Source of the DNA: Candidatus Limnocylindrales bacterium
GTDB taxonomy: Bacteria; Chloroflexota; Limnocylindria; Limnocylindrales; CSP1-4
DNA: 64,000 nucleotides
Reading direction: 5' to 3'
NCBI GenBank assembly: GCA_046593725.1
Contig: JBKJQY010000021.1
Coordinates: 12,179-76,178 of the forward strand
Shown: piece by piece, positions 10,765 to 19,525 of the stretch
How the letters are laid out: each line of letters starts with the position of its first letter
Numbering within the stretch: the first letter of the stretch is position 1
Made by a program: the position numbers and the translations under genes
The notes under the pieces: generated by a model
The model's database searches: none
What the model was told of the DNA's origin: nothing
What the model saw: the letters and a program-made list of their open reading frames with translations, nothing else

Positions 10765-12516
10765 ATGCCCCGAATGCCCGACGCTCCGCATCCCTACCTC
10801 GCCCCGTCCGACCCGGCCAAGCGCCACTCGGCCGGGCTGACTGACGGCCCGGACCGGGCTGGCGCGCGGAGCATGCTCAAGGCCATCGGCTTCACCGACG
10901 AGGATCTCGCGAAGCCGCTCGTCGGCGTCGGAACGTCGTGGATCGAGACGATGCCGTGCAACTACAACCACCGCCGGCTCGCGGAACACGTCAAGGCGGG
11001 CATCCGGGCCGCCGGCGGGACGCCGATGGAGTTCAACACGGTCGCTATCAGCGACGGCGTGACGATGGGCACCGAGGGGATGAAGACCAGCCTCGTCAGC
11101 CGCGAAGTCGTCGCGGATTCGATCGAGCTGGTCGTGCGCGGGCACCTGCTCGACGGCGTCGTCTGCATCATCGGCTGCGACAAGACCGGCCCGGGCGCAG
11201 CGATGGCGCTGGGGCGGCTGGATGTCCCCGGCCTGATCCTCTACAGCGGGACGATCTACCCAGGCACGCTCCATGGCGAGCGAAGCGCGACGGTCGTGTC
11301 CGTCTATGAGGCCATCGGCGCCTACCGCGCCGGCAAGATCACGCTCGATGAGTTGTACGAGGTCGAGAGCGTGTCCTGCCCCGGTCCGGGCGCCTGCGGC
11401 GGCCAGTTCACGGCCAACACGATGTCCACGGTCCTCGAGTTCATGGGGCTCTCGCCGGCCGGCTTGAACGGCATCCCGGCCGAGGATCCGGCCAAGGAGG
11501 ACGCGGCCCGCCAGGCCGGCCGGCTCGTGATGGGGCTCGTCCGCGACGACCTGCGGCCCAGCCGCTTCGTCACCCGCGAATCGCTCGAGAACGCGATCGC
11601 GTCGGTGGCCGCGACAGGCGGCTCCACGAATGGCGTGCTACACCTCCTCGCGATCGCGCACGAGTATGGGATCGCGCTGGGCATAGACGAGTTCGGGGCC
11701 ATCGCGGACCGCACGCCTATCGTGGCCGACCTCCAGCCGGGCGGCCGCTATACCGCCTCGGACCTGTACGACGCCGGCGGGATCGGCCTGATCATGGCCG
11801 AGCTGCTCAAGCGTCCGGGCCTGCTCCACGGCGACCTGCCGACCGTCGACGGCCGGACGATCGCCCAGATCGCCGCGGCGACCGTCGCTACGGAGGGCCA
11901 GCAGGTGGTCCGTTCGATCGCGAAGCCGCTCAAGGCCACTGGTGGGCTGGCCATCCTCCACGGCACGCTCGCGCCGGACGGCTGCGTCGTGAAGCTGGCC
12001 GGCCACGAACGTCGCGAGCATCGCGGGCCGGCGCGCGTGTTCGACTCGGAGACCGCCTGTTATGCCGCCGTGCGCGATCGCAAGATCAGGGCCGGCGACG
12101 TGGTCGTCATCCGCTACGAGGGCCCGGTGGGCGGGCCCGGGATGCAGGAGATGCTCAGCGTGACCGGCGCCCTGGTCGGCGAGGGCCTGGGCGACTCCGT
12201 GGCGCTCATCACGGATGGCCGATTCTCCGGCGGCACCCACGGGCTGATGATCGGGCACGTCGCGCCGGAGGCCGCACTCGGCGGCCCGATCGCGATCGTC
12301 CACGAAGGCGACACCATCGTCATCGATGTCGACCGCAAGGCCCTGGACCTCGAGGTTTCCGCGGAGGAGATCGAACGGCGCCTCCACGGCTGGACCCCGC
12401 CCGAGCCGAACTACACCGGCGGCGTGCTCGCGAAGTACGCAGCGCTCGTCGGGTCCGCCTCCGACGGAGCCGTCACCACGGGTCCGCGGATGACGGCCAA
12501 CCTGCGCCAGCGGTGA
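10765..12516 (+). CDS. ilvD: dihydroxy-acid dehydratase
   Basis: ORF 10705..12516; [36 protein letters not shown]-type motifs ([22 protein letters not shown]). Start ATG 10765 or 10774. Confidence 0.95.
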   Translation: MPRMPDAPHPYLAPSDPAKRHSAGLTDGPDRAGARSMLKAIGFTDEDLAKPLVGVGTSWIETMPCNYNHRRLAEHVKAGIRAAGGTPMEFNTVAISDGVTMGTEGMKTSLVSREVVADSIELVVRGHLLDGVVCIIGCDKTGPGAAMALGRLDVPGLILYSGTIYPGTLHGERSATVVSVYEAIGAYRAGKITLDELYEVESVSCPGPGACGGQFTANTMSTVLEFMGLSPAGLNGIPAEDPAKEDAARQAGRLVMGLVRDDLRPSRFVTRESLENAIASVAATGGSTNGVLHLLAIAHEYGIALGIDEFGAIADRTPIVADLQPGGRYTASDLYDAGGIGLIMAELLKRPGLLHGDLPTVDGRTIAQIAAATVATEGQQVVRSIAKPLKATGGLAILHGTLAPDGCVVKLAGHERREHRGPARVFDSETACYAAVRDRKIRAGDVVVIRYEGPVGGPGMQEMLSVTGALVGEGLGDSVALITDGRFSGGTHGLMIGHVAPEAALGGPIAIVHEGDTIVIDVDRKALDLEVSAEEIERRLHGWTPPEPNYTGGVLAKYAALVGSASDGAVTTGPRMTANLRQR

Positions 12517-12523
12517 TCGGCCG

Positions 12524-13423
12524 GTGACCGAACCGCTCCACCTCGGGATCAAGACCTCGCCCCAGGCGGTCGACTGGGCGACCCTGGATGCGGTCTGGGC
12601 GAGGATCGGCGAACGGCCCGAGTTCGAGTCGGTCTGGATGAACGACCACCTGACCGACATCAGCGAGGACCGGGCCGGCACGAGCTGGGAGGCGGTGACC
12701 GCGATGGCCGCGCTTGCGCATCACGTCCCCGGTCGCTGGCTGGGGCACGCGGTGCTGTCGGCGACGTTTCGCCACCCGGCGCTGACGGCGAAGGCGGCCA
12801 CCGTCCTGGACCATGTCACCGGCGGCCGGTTCGTGCTGGGCCTGGGGGCCGGCTGGTTCGAGCCGGAACACGCCCCGTTCGGGATCCCATTCCCGCCCAT
12901 GCCGGAGCGCTTCGATCGCTTCGAGTCCGCCGTGCGGACGGTCAAGGCGCTGTTTTCGGCGGAGGCCGCGATGGCCGCGGGCGTGACGCGCGCAGACCCG
13001 TTCTACCCGCTGGATGGCGCGACGAATGATCCGCCCACCGTCCACGCGGCCGGCCCGCCGATCTGGCTGGGCGGCCAGAAGCGCCGCGGCATCGCGCTGG
13101 CGGCGGAACTCGCCGATGGCTGGCTGCTGCCGGCCGTCCTGCCCGACAAGTCCGAGACGAACATGGCGTACTTTCTGGACCGACGCGATGCGCTCCTCGC
13201 GGCGATGGACGGCATCGGTCGCGACCCGGCCGGGTTCGCGCTCGTCGCGCAGGTGCCGGCCGGACGGACAGCCAAGCATCGGCGGGCCGCTCTGGCTCAG
13301 GCGTTCGAAGCCAGGCTCGGAGGTGCCACGCACGTGATCATCGGGATCCCACCATCGGCCGGACCCGGGGCGGTGGATGAGGCTGCGCGCGACATCGCGA
13401 TCCCGCTCCGCGATGCCCGATGA
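12524..13423 (+). CDS. luciferase-like (LLM class, probably F420-dependent) oxidoreductase
   Basis: 299-aa ORF; LGIKTSPQ…W…VWMNDHL…GRFVLGLGAGW pattern typical of LLM-class proteins. Confidence 0.8.
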   Translation: MTEPLHLGIKTSPQAVDWATLDAVWARIGERPEFESVWMNDHLTDISEDRAGTSWEAVTAMAALAHHVPGRWLGHAVLSATFRHPALTAKAATVLDHVTGGRFVLGLGAGWFEPEHAPFGIPFPPMPERFDRFESAVRTVKALFSAEAAMAAGVTRADPFYPLDGATNDPPTVHAAGPPIWLGGQKRRGIALAAELADGWLLPAVLPDKSETNMAYFLDRRDALLAAMDGIGRDPAGFALVAQVPAGRTAKHRRAALAQAFEARLGGATHVIIGIPPSAGPGAVDEAARDIAIPLRDAR

Positions 13424-13466
13424 CGCTCACGATGCGAGGCCCGGCGACCGGCGGCATGATTACGCC

Positions 13467-13718
13467 ATGAAGGACGCGCCGACGGGCACCGCCCCACTCC
13501 CCCCGGATCCGGACCTGTACGACTCCCCTCGGGCCGAACTCGCACGCGCCCGCGGCTTGAAGGCGCCATACATCGCGGGCGGCGATGACCCTGATCCAGC
13601 GGGCGCGCTCGAGCTGGACCGCCGCTACGGTCGGCTGCTCCTGATCATGGTGATCGTCATCGTCCTCGCCGGGTTCGTCGTCGGCATCGCCATCGCCCTG
13701 GCTGAATCGGCCCTGTGA
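13467..13718 (+). CDS. small C-terminally membrane-anchored hypothetical protein
   Basis: ORF 13377..13718. MKDAPTGTAPLPPDPDLY… ends in a hydrophobic helix LLLIMVIVIVLAGFVVGIAIALA. Alternative start ATG 13413. Confidence 0.4.
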   Translation: MKDAPTGTAPLPPDPDLYDSPRAELARARGLKAPYIAGGDDPDPAGALELDRRYGRLLLIMVIVIVLAGFVVGIAIALAESAL

Positions 13719-15130
13719 CGACCGCGGCGACCTCGATCGACTGGGACGCCGCGACCGGAGCTCTGGTCGCCTCGCTCCGCGATCTCATCCGGATCCCGTC
13801 GGTGAACCCGCCGTCAGCCGACGCCCCTGACGGCGAGCTGCGGGCGGCGCAGTACCTCGCCGACGCGCTCGAGGAGGCTGGGTTGCAACCGACCGTCGTC
13901 GAGCCAGTCCCCGGACGGGGATCGGTGCACGTCCGTCTACGCGGCGACGGCACTGGCGGCGAACCGCTCCTGCTGCTGTCCCACCTCGACGTCGTGCCGG
14001 CGCCCGCGGAGCGTTGGACCCACGGGCCGTTCGATGCGGACCTGGCGAACGGCTACGTCTACGGTCGTGGCGCGGTCGACATGAAGAACATGGTCGCGAT
14101 GGAGCTTGCGGTCGTGCTGCAACTGGCCACCGAGGCGCGGGCGGCCGGTCTCGACCCCTCGCAGGATCCCATTCCCGGCCTGCGACGCGACGTCCTCTTC
14201 ACCTGTACCGCCGACGAAGAGGCGGGCGGCCAGGCAGGCGCGGCTTGGATCGTCGAGCACCATCCGGACTGGATCAGGGCCGCAGGCGCCTTGAACGAGA
14301 GCGGGGCTGTCTCGACGACCGTCGCCGGCACCCGGTTCTACCCGATCGGCGTGGCGGAAAAGGGCTACGCCGCCTACCGGATCCTCGTCCGAGGGACATG
14401 GGGCCACGGGTCCATGCCGCGCGAGGACAACGCGGTGATCCTGGCGGCCGAGGTCATCGCGCGCCTGGCGGGACCGGAAGCGACCCGACTCACGCCGGTC
14501 ATGAGCCGCTTCCTGGAAGCGGCGGCGGCGGCGCTACCGCCCGATGCGGCGCGGGTCGCCCGGGCGATCGCCGCGGGCGATGAGGCGCTGACGGCGGCGA
14601 CCCTCGACGGGTTGTGCGACCCGCGCGACGCACTCGTGCTGCGGGCGCTGCTGCGCGACACGATCAGCCCGGATGTCGTCCATGCCGGGGTCAAGTACAA
14701 CGTCATCCCGGGCGACGCGGTCATCGAGGTGGATTGTCGAGTCCTGCCCGGTACGACCGAAGACGCGATGCGCGCTCGCCTGGTGAACCGTCTCGGGCCG
14801 GAGCTTGCCGCGGCCTGCACGATCGAACTCATCGTCTGGGGCGAACCCATCGAGGCGCCGGCGGACGGCCCACTCTTCGAGATCATGGCGGCCACGATCC
14901 GCGATCACGACCCGGACGCGGTCCCGGTGCCGGTCATGGTCCCGTTCGCGACGGACGCGAAGCACACCGCGGACCTGGGTGTCCCGACCTATGGCTTCTC
15001 GCCCCTTCGGCTCGAGGCGGACGAGCGGCTGCTCGACCGGTTCCACGGCGTCGATGAACGGGTGAGTGTCGCCGCCCTGCGCTGGGGCCTGCCCGTCCTG
15101 TATGACGTGGTCAGACGGTTCTGCGGCTGA
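13715..15130 (+). CDS. M20-family metallopeptidase (dipeptidase/deacylase type)
   Basis: 471-aa ORF; LLLLSHLDVVPA…W…PF…YVYGRGAVDMKN; GTGA overlap with the preceding ORF. Confidence 0.85.
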   Translation: MTTAATSIDWDAATGALVASLRDLIRIPSVNPPSADAPDGELRAAQYLADALEEAGLQPTVVEPVPGRGSVHVRLRGDGTGGEPLLLLSHLDVVPAPAERWTHGPFDADLANGYVYGRGAVDMKNMVAMELAVVLQLATEARAAGLDPSQDPIPGLRRDVLFTCTADEEAGGQAGAAWIVEHHPDWIRAAGALNESGAVSTTVAGTRFYPIGVAEKGYAAYRILVRGTWGHGSMPREDNAVILAAEVIARLAGPEATRLTPVMSRFLEAAAAALPPDAARVARAIAAGDEALTAATLDGLCDPRDALVLRALLRDTISPDVVHAGVKYNVIPGDAVIEVDCRVLPGTTEDAMRARLVNRLGPELAAACTIELIVWGEPIEAPADGPLFEIMAATIRDHDPDAVPVPVMVPFATDAKHTADLGVPTYGFSPLRLEADERLLDRFHGVDERVSVAALRWGLPVLYDVVRRFCG

Positions 15131-15133
15131 GGC

Positions 15134-15712
15134 CTACTCGCCCGGGGCTTTGATCAGGCGTCCGCGGCGAGAGATGGCGTGGGTCGCCAACGCGGCCACG
15201 CCCATCGCCACGATCGCGCGCTCACCGGCGGGGAGCGGACGGACCGCCCCCAGGAACTGATCGGCACGACCGCGATCCACGACCCGCAGGATCGCTCGGC
15301 CACGCTGGGTGAGGCGGAGCGTCCGCTGCCGCCGGTCCTCGGGCTCCTGCTGGCGTTCGACCAGGCGCCGCCGGACGAGGCCGTCGATCAGCCGGCTCGT
15401 GGCCGATGGCGATCGGCCGATCTCCTCCGCCAGTTCGCCGACTGTCATCGTGCTGCCATCGGCGAGGACGTACAGGGCGGCGAGCTGGGTGAACCCCAGG
15501 CGCAACTCCCCAAGCTGACCGGCGAACCCGATGACGAGCTCGCGCCACAGCGCTCGACCCATCGCCACGCGCTCGCTCAACTGGCGGACGTTCTGGATGC
15601 GGCTGCCGGCCGCGAGCACTGGTGCGGACAGGTCCGCCTCGAACCGTCGAGCCAGCGCGCGGGCCGGGGCGGGCCGTCGGGGAATACGCGAGATGGAAGG
15701 CTGTTCTGCCAC
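15134..15712 (-). CDS. MarR-family transcriptional regulator
   Basis: 192-aa ORF; winged-HTH core LAALYVLADGSTMTVGELAEEIGRSPSATSRLIDGLVRRRLVERQQEPEDRRQRTLRLT. Divergent from fabD. Confidence 0.85.
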   Translation of the reverse strand: MAEQPSISRIPRRPAPARALARRFEADLSAPVLAAGSRIQNVRQLSERVAMGRALWRELVIGFAGQLGELRLGFTQLAALYVLADGSTMTVGELAEEIGRSPSATSRLIDGLVRRRLVERQQEPEDRRQRTLRLTQRGRAILRVVDRGRADQFLGAVRPLPAGERAIVAMGVAALATHAISRRGRLIKAPGE

Positions 15713-15798
15713 GACACAAGCGTAATCCGCGGGTCAGACGCGTGCAACCGTGCATGGGAATCGGGAGGGCCACGACTCGCGCGACGTACCCTGCCAAC

Positions 15799-16767
15799 GT
15801 GCAGCGGATCGCCTTCGTCTTTCCCGGTCAGGGCTCGCAGGCCGTGGGGATGGGCGAGGCCCTCAGCGCGTCCTCCCCCGCCGCAGCGGCCGTCTTCGCC
15901 ACCGCCGACGCGGCGCTTGGCGAACCCATCAGCACGTTGGCCTGGGCCGGCCCCGCCGAGCGCCTGGACCTCACCGAGAACGCGCAACCCGCACTCGTGG
16001 CGACCTCGATCGCCATCCTCGCCGGGATCCGCGAGGGGTTCGAGGCCAGCAGACCGGGCATGATCCAACCGGTCTTCGCGGCCGGTCATTCGATGGGACA
16101 GTACACGGCGATGGTCGCGGCCCGGGCCCTGGACCTGGGCGACGCGGTACGTCTCGTGCGCGAGCGCGGCCGACTCATGCAGGCGTCAGGTCAGGGACGC
16201 GACGGCGCGATGGCTGCCCTCATCGGCCTCGATGATGCGAGGCTCCCGGAACTCATCGCCGGCGCAAGCGCCCATGGGGTCTTCGTCGTCGCCAATCGGA
16301 ATGCGCCGGGACAGGTCGTCGTGTCGGGCGAGCGCCGAGCCATCGAGGCGGGCGCCGAGCTGGCACGCACCCTGGGGGCCAAGCGAGCCATCGTCCTGCC
16401 GGTGTCCGTAGCGGCACATTCGCCCCTCATGGCGGAGGCCGCCGACGGCCTGCGGCGGGTCCTCGAGAGCATCGAGTTCCGCGATCCGCTCGTGCCGCTG
16501 CTAGCCAATGCGGACGGCCACCTGATCACGACCGCCGACGAGTGTCGGACCGAACTCGTCGAGCACCTGACCGCCGGTGTCGACTGGGTCGGCGCGGTCG
16601 AGGCGATGACCGCAGCCGGTGTCGACACGTTCGTGGAAGTGGGGCCGGGCAAGGTCCTGACGGGACTCATCAAGCGCATCGCCCCGGAGGCGACCCCCAT
16701 CCCGGCCGACGATCCGGAGATCGTCGTTCGCCTGCTAGCCATCGAATCGGAGGTCCCCAGCGCGTGA
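15799..16767 (+). CDS. fabD: malonyl-CoA:ACP transacylase
   Basis: ORF 15622..16767. Start GTG 15799 gives VQRIAFVFPGQGSQAVGMG; active-site GHSMGQY. Confidence 0.9.
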   Translation: MQRIAFVFPGQGSQAVGMGEALSASSPAAAAVFATADAALGEPISTLAWAGPAERLDLTENAQPALVATSIAILAGIREGFEASRPGMIQPVFAAGHSMGQYTAMVAARALDLGDAVRLVRERGRLMQASGQGRDGAMAALIGLDDARLPELIAGASAHGVFVVANRNAPGQVVVSGERRAIEAGAELARTLGAKRAIVLPVSVAAHSPLMAEAADGLRRVLESIEFRDPLVPLLANADGHLITTADECRTELVEHLTAGVDWVGAVEAMTAAGVDTFVEVGPGKVLTGLIKRIAPEATPIPADDPEIVVRLLAIESEVPSA

Positions 16768-18038
16768 GGAAGCCAGACTACGAACGCCGCGTCGTCGTCA
16801 CCGGACTCGGAGTGATCAGCCCGGTCGGCAACGACCCGAAGACCGCCTGGTCCAACATCGTGAACGGCGTCAGCGGACTCGTGCCGCTGACCCGCTTCGA
16901 CACGACGCCGTATGACGCCAAGTGGGGTGGCGAGGTCCACGATTTCGTCGCCGGCGACTGGATGGACGCGAAAGCCGCCCGCCGCGGGGAGTCCACGATG
17001 GCCTACGGCGTCGCCTCGGCCAAGCAGGCCCTGGCCGATTCCGGGTTCGAGCTGACGGACGAGAACCGCACCGAAGTGGGCGTGGTCTACGGCTCCGGCG
17101 CCGGTGGCCAGCTGCTCATGATCGAGAGCGTCAACAACCTGCGCGAGAAGGGCCCGCGCAGCGTCGCGCCCACGTTCATCGCGAATGCGCTGAACGACAG
17201 CACGTCCGGCATGATCGCCATCGAGACAGGCGCGATCGGGCACAACATCTGCATCGTGTCGGCCTGCGCGACCGGCACCCACAACATCGGGGAAGGTGCC
17301 GAGGCGATCCGTCGCGGCGACTGCATCGCGGTCATCAGCGGGTCCGCCGAGTCGCCGCTGCTCGAGGTCGGCCATGCCGGCTTCTCGAACATGCGCGGCA
17401 TGGGCACGCCGCGACCCGAGGAGCCGTACCAGACCGTGTCGCGACCGTTCGACCTGACCCGAAACGGGTTCATCCTGGGCGAGGGCGCCGCATCGCTGTT
17501 CCTGGAGGACCTGGAGTTCGCCAAGGCGCGCGGGGCGCGGATCTACGGGGAAGTCGTCGGGTACGGCTCGGCGGCCGATGGATGGGATATGGTCCAGCCG
17601 ATCGCGGCCGGCGCCGGGTCCGCCCGCGCGATGAAGATGGCCCTGGAGCGTCGCGGGGTGCCCGCGGACGAGGTCGACATGATCAACCCCCACGGGACGT
17701 CGACGCCGCTGGGCGACCTGCGCGAGACCGAGGCGATCCACACCGTCTTCGGCGATCGTGCCAAGGGCGGCGCGCGCGAGGTCTACATCAGTGCCACCAA
17801 GTCGATGACCGGTCACATGATGGGCGCCGCCGGCGCGTTCGAAGCCTTCGCGACCGTCATGTCCGTAGCCGAGCAGACCGCACCCGGCACGCTCAACTAC
17901 CGCGACCCGGATCCCGACTGCGACCTGTGGGTCACGCCCGAGACCCTCGAGATGCCGATCCGGTACGCCCTCTCGAACAACATCGGCCTGGGCGGCCACA
18001 ACGGCGCCGTCATCTTCAAACGCTACGACGGCGACTGA
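16764..18038 (+). CDS. beta-ketoacyl-ACP synthase I/II (FabF/KasA-like), copy 1
   Basis: ORF 16542..18038. GTG 16764 (GTGA overlap with fabD stop) gives VRKPDYERRVVVTGLGVISPVG. Cys (SACATG), His (NPHGTSTP), His (KSMTGHMMGAAG). Confidence 0.9.
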   Translation: MRKPDYERRVVVTGLGVISPVGNDPKTAWSNIVNGVSGLVPLTRFDTTPYDAKWGGEVHDFVAGDWMDAKAARRGESTMAYGVASAKQALADSGFELTDENRTEVGVVYGSGAGGQLLMIESVNNLREKGPRSVAPTFIANALNDSTSGMIAIETGAIGHNICIVSACATGTHNIGEGAEAIRRGDCIAVISGSAESPLLEVGHAGFSNMRGMGTPRPEEPYQTVSRPFDLTRNGFILGEGAASLFLEDLEFAKARGARIYGEVVGYGSAADGWDMVQPIAAGAGSARAMKMALERRGVPADEVDMINPHGTSTPLGDLRETEAIHTVFGDRAKGGAREVYISATKSMTGHMMGAAGAFEAFATVMSVAEQTAPGTLNYRDPDPDCDLWVTPETLEMPIRYALSNNIGLGGHNGAVIFKRYDGD

Positions 18039-18076
18039 GCTTCTGCGCGGCGCACAAGGGTCGTCCGACACCTTGT

Positions 18077-18150
18077 CCGCAGCCGATCGGCCGGCCGCTG
18101 CTGATCGGGCAACCGCAGCCGATCGGGCACCCGCTTCCTGCTACGATCGC
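18077..18150. repeat. 18-nt tandem repeat, about 3.5 units (CCGCAGCCGATCGGGCAC-like)
   Basis: Units at 18077, 18095 and 18113, with a partial unit at 18131. Each carries the CCGATCGG/CTGATCGG core. Lies in the 137-nt gap between the two KAS genes. Confidence 0.75.
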
Positions 18151-18175
18151 GACCAGTCACTGACCGGAGGAGTTC

Positions 18176-19444
18176 GTGCCCACCCAGGATCCAGCTCGTC
18201 GCGCCGTCATCACCGGACTCGGCGCCCTCATGCCGAACGGCAACGACTTCCCCACGTACTGGGCCAATCTGGTCGCCGGCGTGACCGGCACGCGGACGAT
18301 CACCGGGTTCGACACCTCGAACCAGGAGGTCCACATCGCGGCGGAGGTCATCGGGTTCGAGCCGAGTTCCGTCATGGACCCCAAGATGGCCCGCCGGATG
18401 AGCCGGTTCGTGCACCTGGCGATCGGGGCGGGCCAGGAAGCCGTCAAGCACTCCGGGATCGACTTCGCGGCCATGTCGCCGGAGCAACTCGACCGGGTCG
18501 GGGTCGTGATGAATACCGGCGGTGGCGGGATCGAGGAGATCATCGACGGCACCCACATCCACGACGGCAAGGGCCCACGGTTCGTCTCGCCGTTCGCGGT
18601 CCCGGCCCTGTCCGGCTCGATGGGCGCCTGCATGCTCTCGATGGAGTACGGCCTGACCGGCCCGGTCATGACTCAGGTCGCCGCCTGCGCCACGTCCGTC
18701 ATCGCCTTCCACGACGCCCTGCGCCTGATCCGTTCAGGTGAGTGCGATGTCGTCCTCGCCGGAGGTTCGGAAGCCCCGATCGTCCCGATGGGCGTGGCGG
18801 CCCTCGCCAACATGGGCGCTCTCTCGAAGCGCAACGACTCGCCGGAAACCGCCTCACGACCGTTCGACGCCACCCGCGACGGCTTCGTCCTGGGCGAAGG
18901 CGCCGGTGTCGTCGTCGTCGAATCCCTCGAACACGCGCTCGCCCGCGGTGCCACACCGCTCGCTGAGATCCTGGGCGGCGCGCTGACCGCCGATGCGTTC
19001 CACATCAGTGCCCCGGAGCCCACTGGCCGCGGCCAGACACGGGCCATGACCCTGGCGCTGCGCAACTCCGAGATCGCCCCCGACGAGGTCGACTACATCG
19101 TGGCCCACGGCACGGCGACCGCCCTCAACGATGTGACTGAGACCCGGGCGATCAAGGCCGCCTATGGGGAGCACGCCTACAAGGTCGCCATCAGTTCGCC
19201 CAAGTCGATGATCGGCCACCTCGTGGGTGCTGCAGGCATCGCCAGCGCGCTGGCGGCCATCGGGTCGATCCGTGATGGCGTCATCCCGCCGACCGCCAAC
19301 CTGCACACGCCGGACCCGGAGTGCGACCTCGACTACGTCCCGCTGACCGCTCGCACGGCGAAGGTCGACACCGTCGCGGTGGATGGATTCGGGTTCGGTG
19401 GTCAGAACGCGGTCGCCGTCTTCCGGCGGGTCACGGACGCCTGA
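18176..19444 (+). CDS. beta-ketoacyl-ACP synthase I/II (FabF/KasB-like), copy 2
   Basis: 422-aa ORF; GGAGGAG 4 nt before GTG 18176. RRAVITGLGALMPNG, AACATS, VAHGTATAL, KSMIGHLVGAAG. Confidence 0.9.
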   Translation: MPTQDPARRAVITGLGALMPNGNDFPTYWANLVAGVTGTRTITGFDTSNQEVHIAAEVIGFEPSSVMDPKMARRMSRFVHLAIGAGQEAVKHSGIDFAAMSPEQLDRVGVVMNTGGGGIEEIIDGTHIHDGKGPRFVSPFAVPALSGSMGACMLSMEYGLTGPVMTQVAACATSVIAFHDALRLIRSGECDVVLAGGSEAPIVPMGVAALANMGALSKRNDSPETASRPFDATRDGFVLGEGAGVVVVESLEHALARGATPLAEILGGALTADAFHISAPEPTGRGQTRAMTLALRNSEIAPDEVDYIVAHGTATALNDVTETRAIKAAYGEHAYKVAISSPKSMIGHLVGAAGIASALAAIGSIRDGVIPPTANLHTPDPECDLDYVPLTARTAKVDTVAVDGFGFGGQNAVAVFRRVTDA

Positions 19445-19461
19445 TCGGAACGCGGCGCCAC

Positions 19462-19524
19462 CTGCGCGACCGGCGCTACGTGGGCGACCGGCGCTACCTG
19501 CGCTACCTGCGCGACCGGCGCGAC
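19462..19524. repeat. 18-nt tandem repeat, about 3.5 units (CTGCGCGACCGGCGCTAC-like)
   Basis: 19462..19479, 19480..19497, half unit 19498..19506, 19507..19524. Fills the convergent gap between the KAS-2 stop (19444) and the copA stop (19526). Confidence 0.75.
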
Positions 19525-19525
19525 C

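Noticed and set aside
18077-19524. Tandem arrays considered as CRISPR or mini-CRISPR (also 30956..31060 and 32022..32073).
   Set aside because: The units are directly abutting with no spacers, only 3-4 copies are present, and there are no cas genes.
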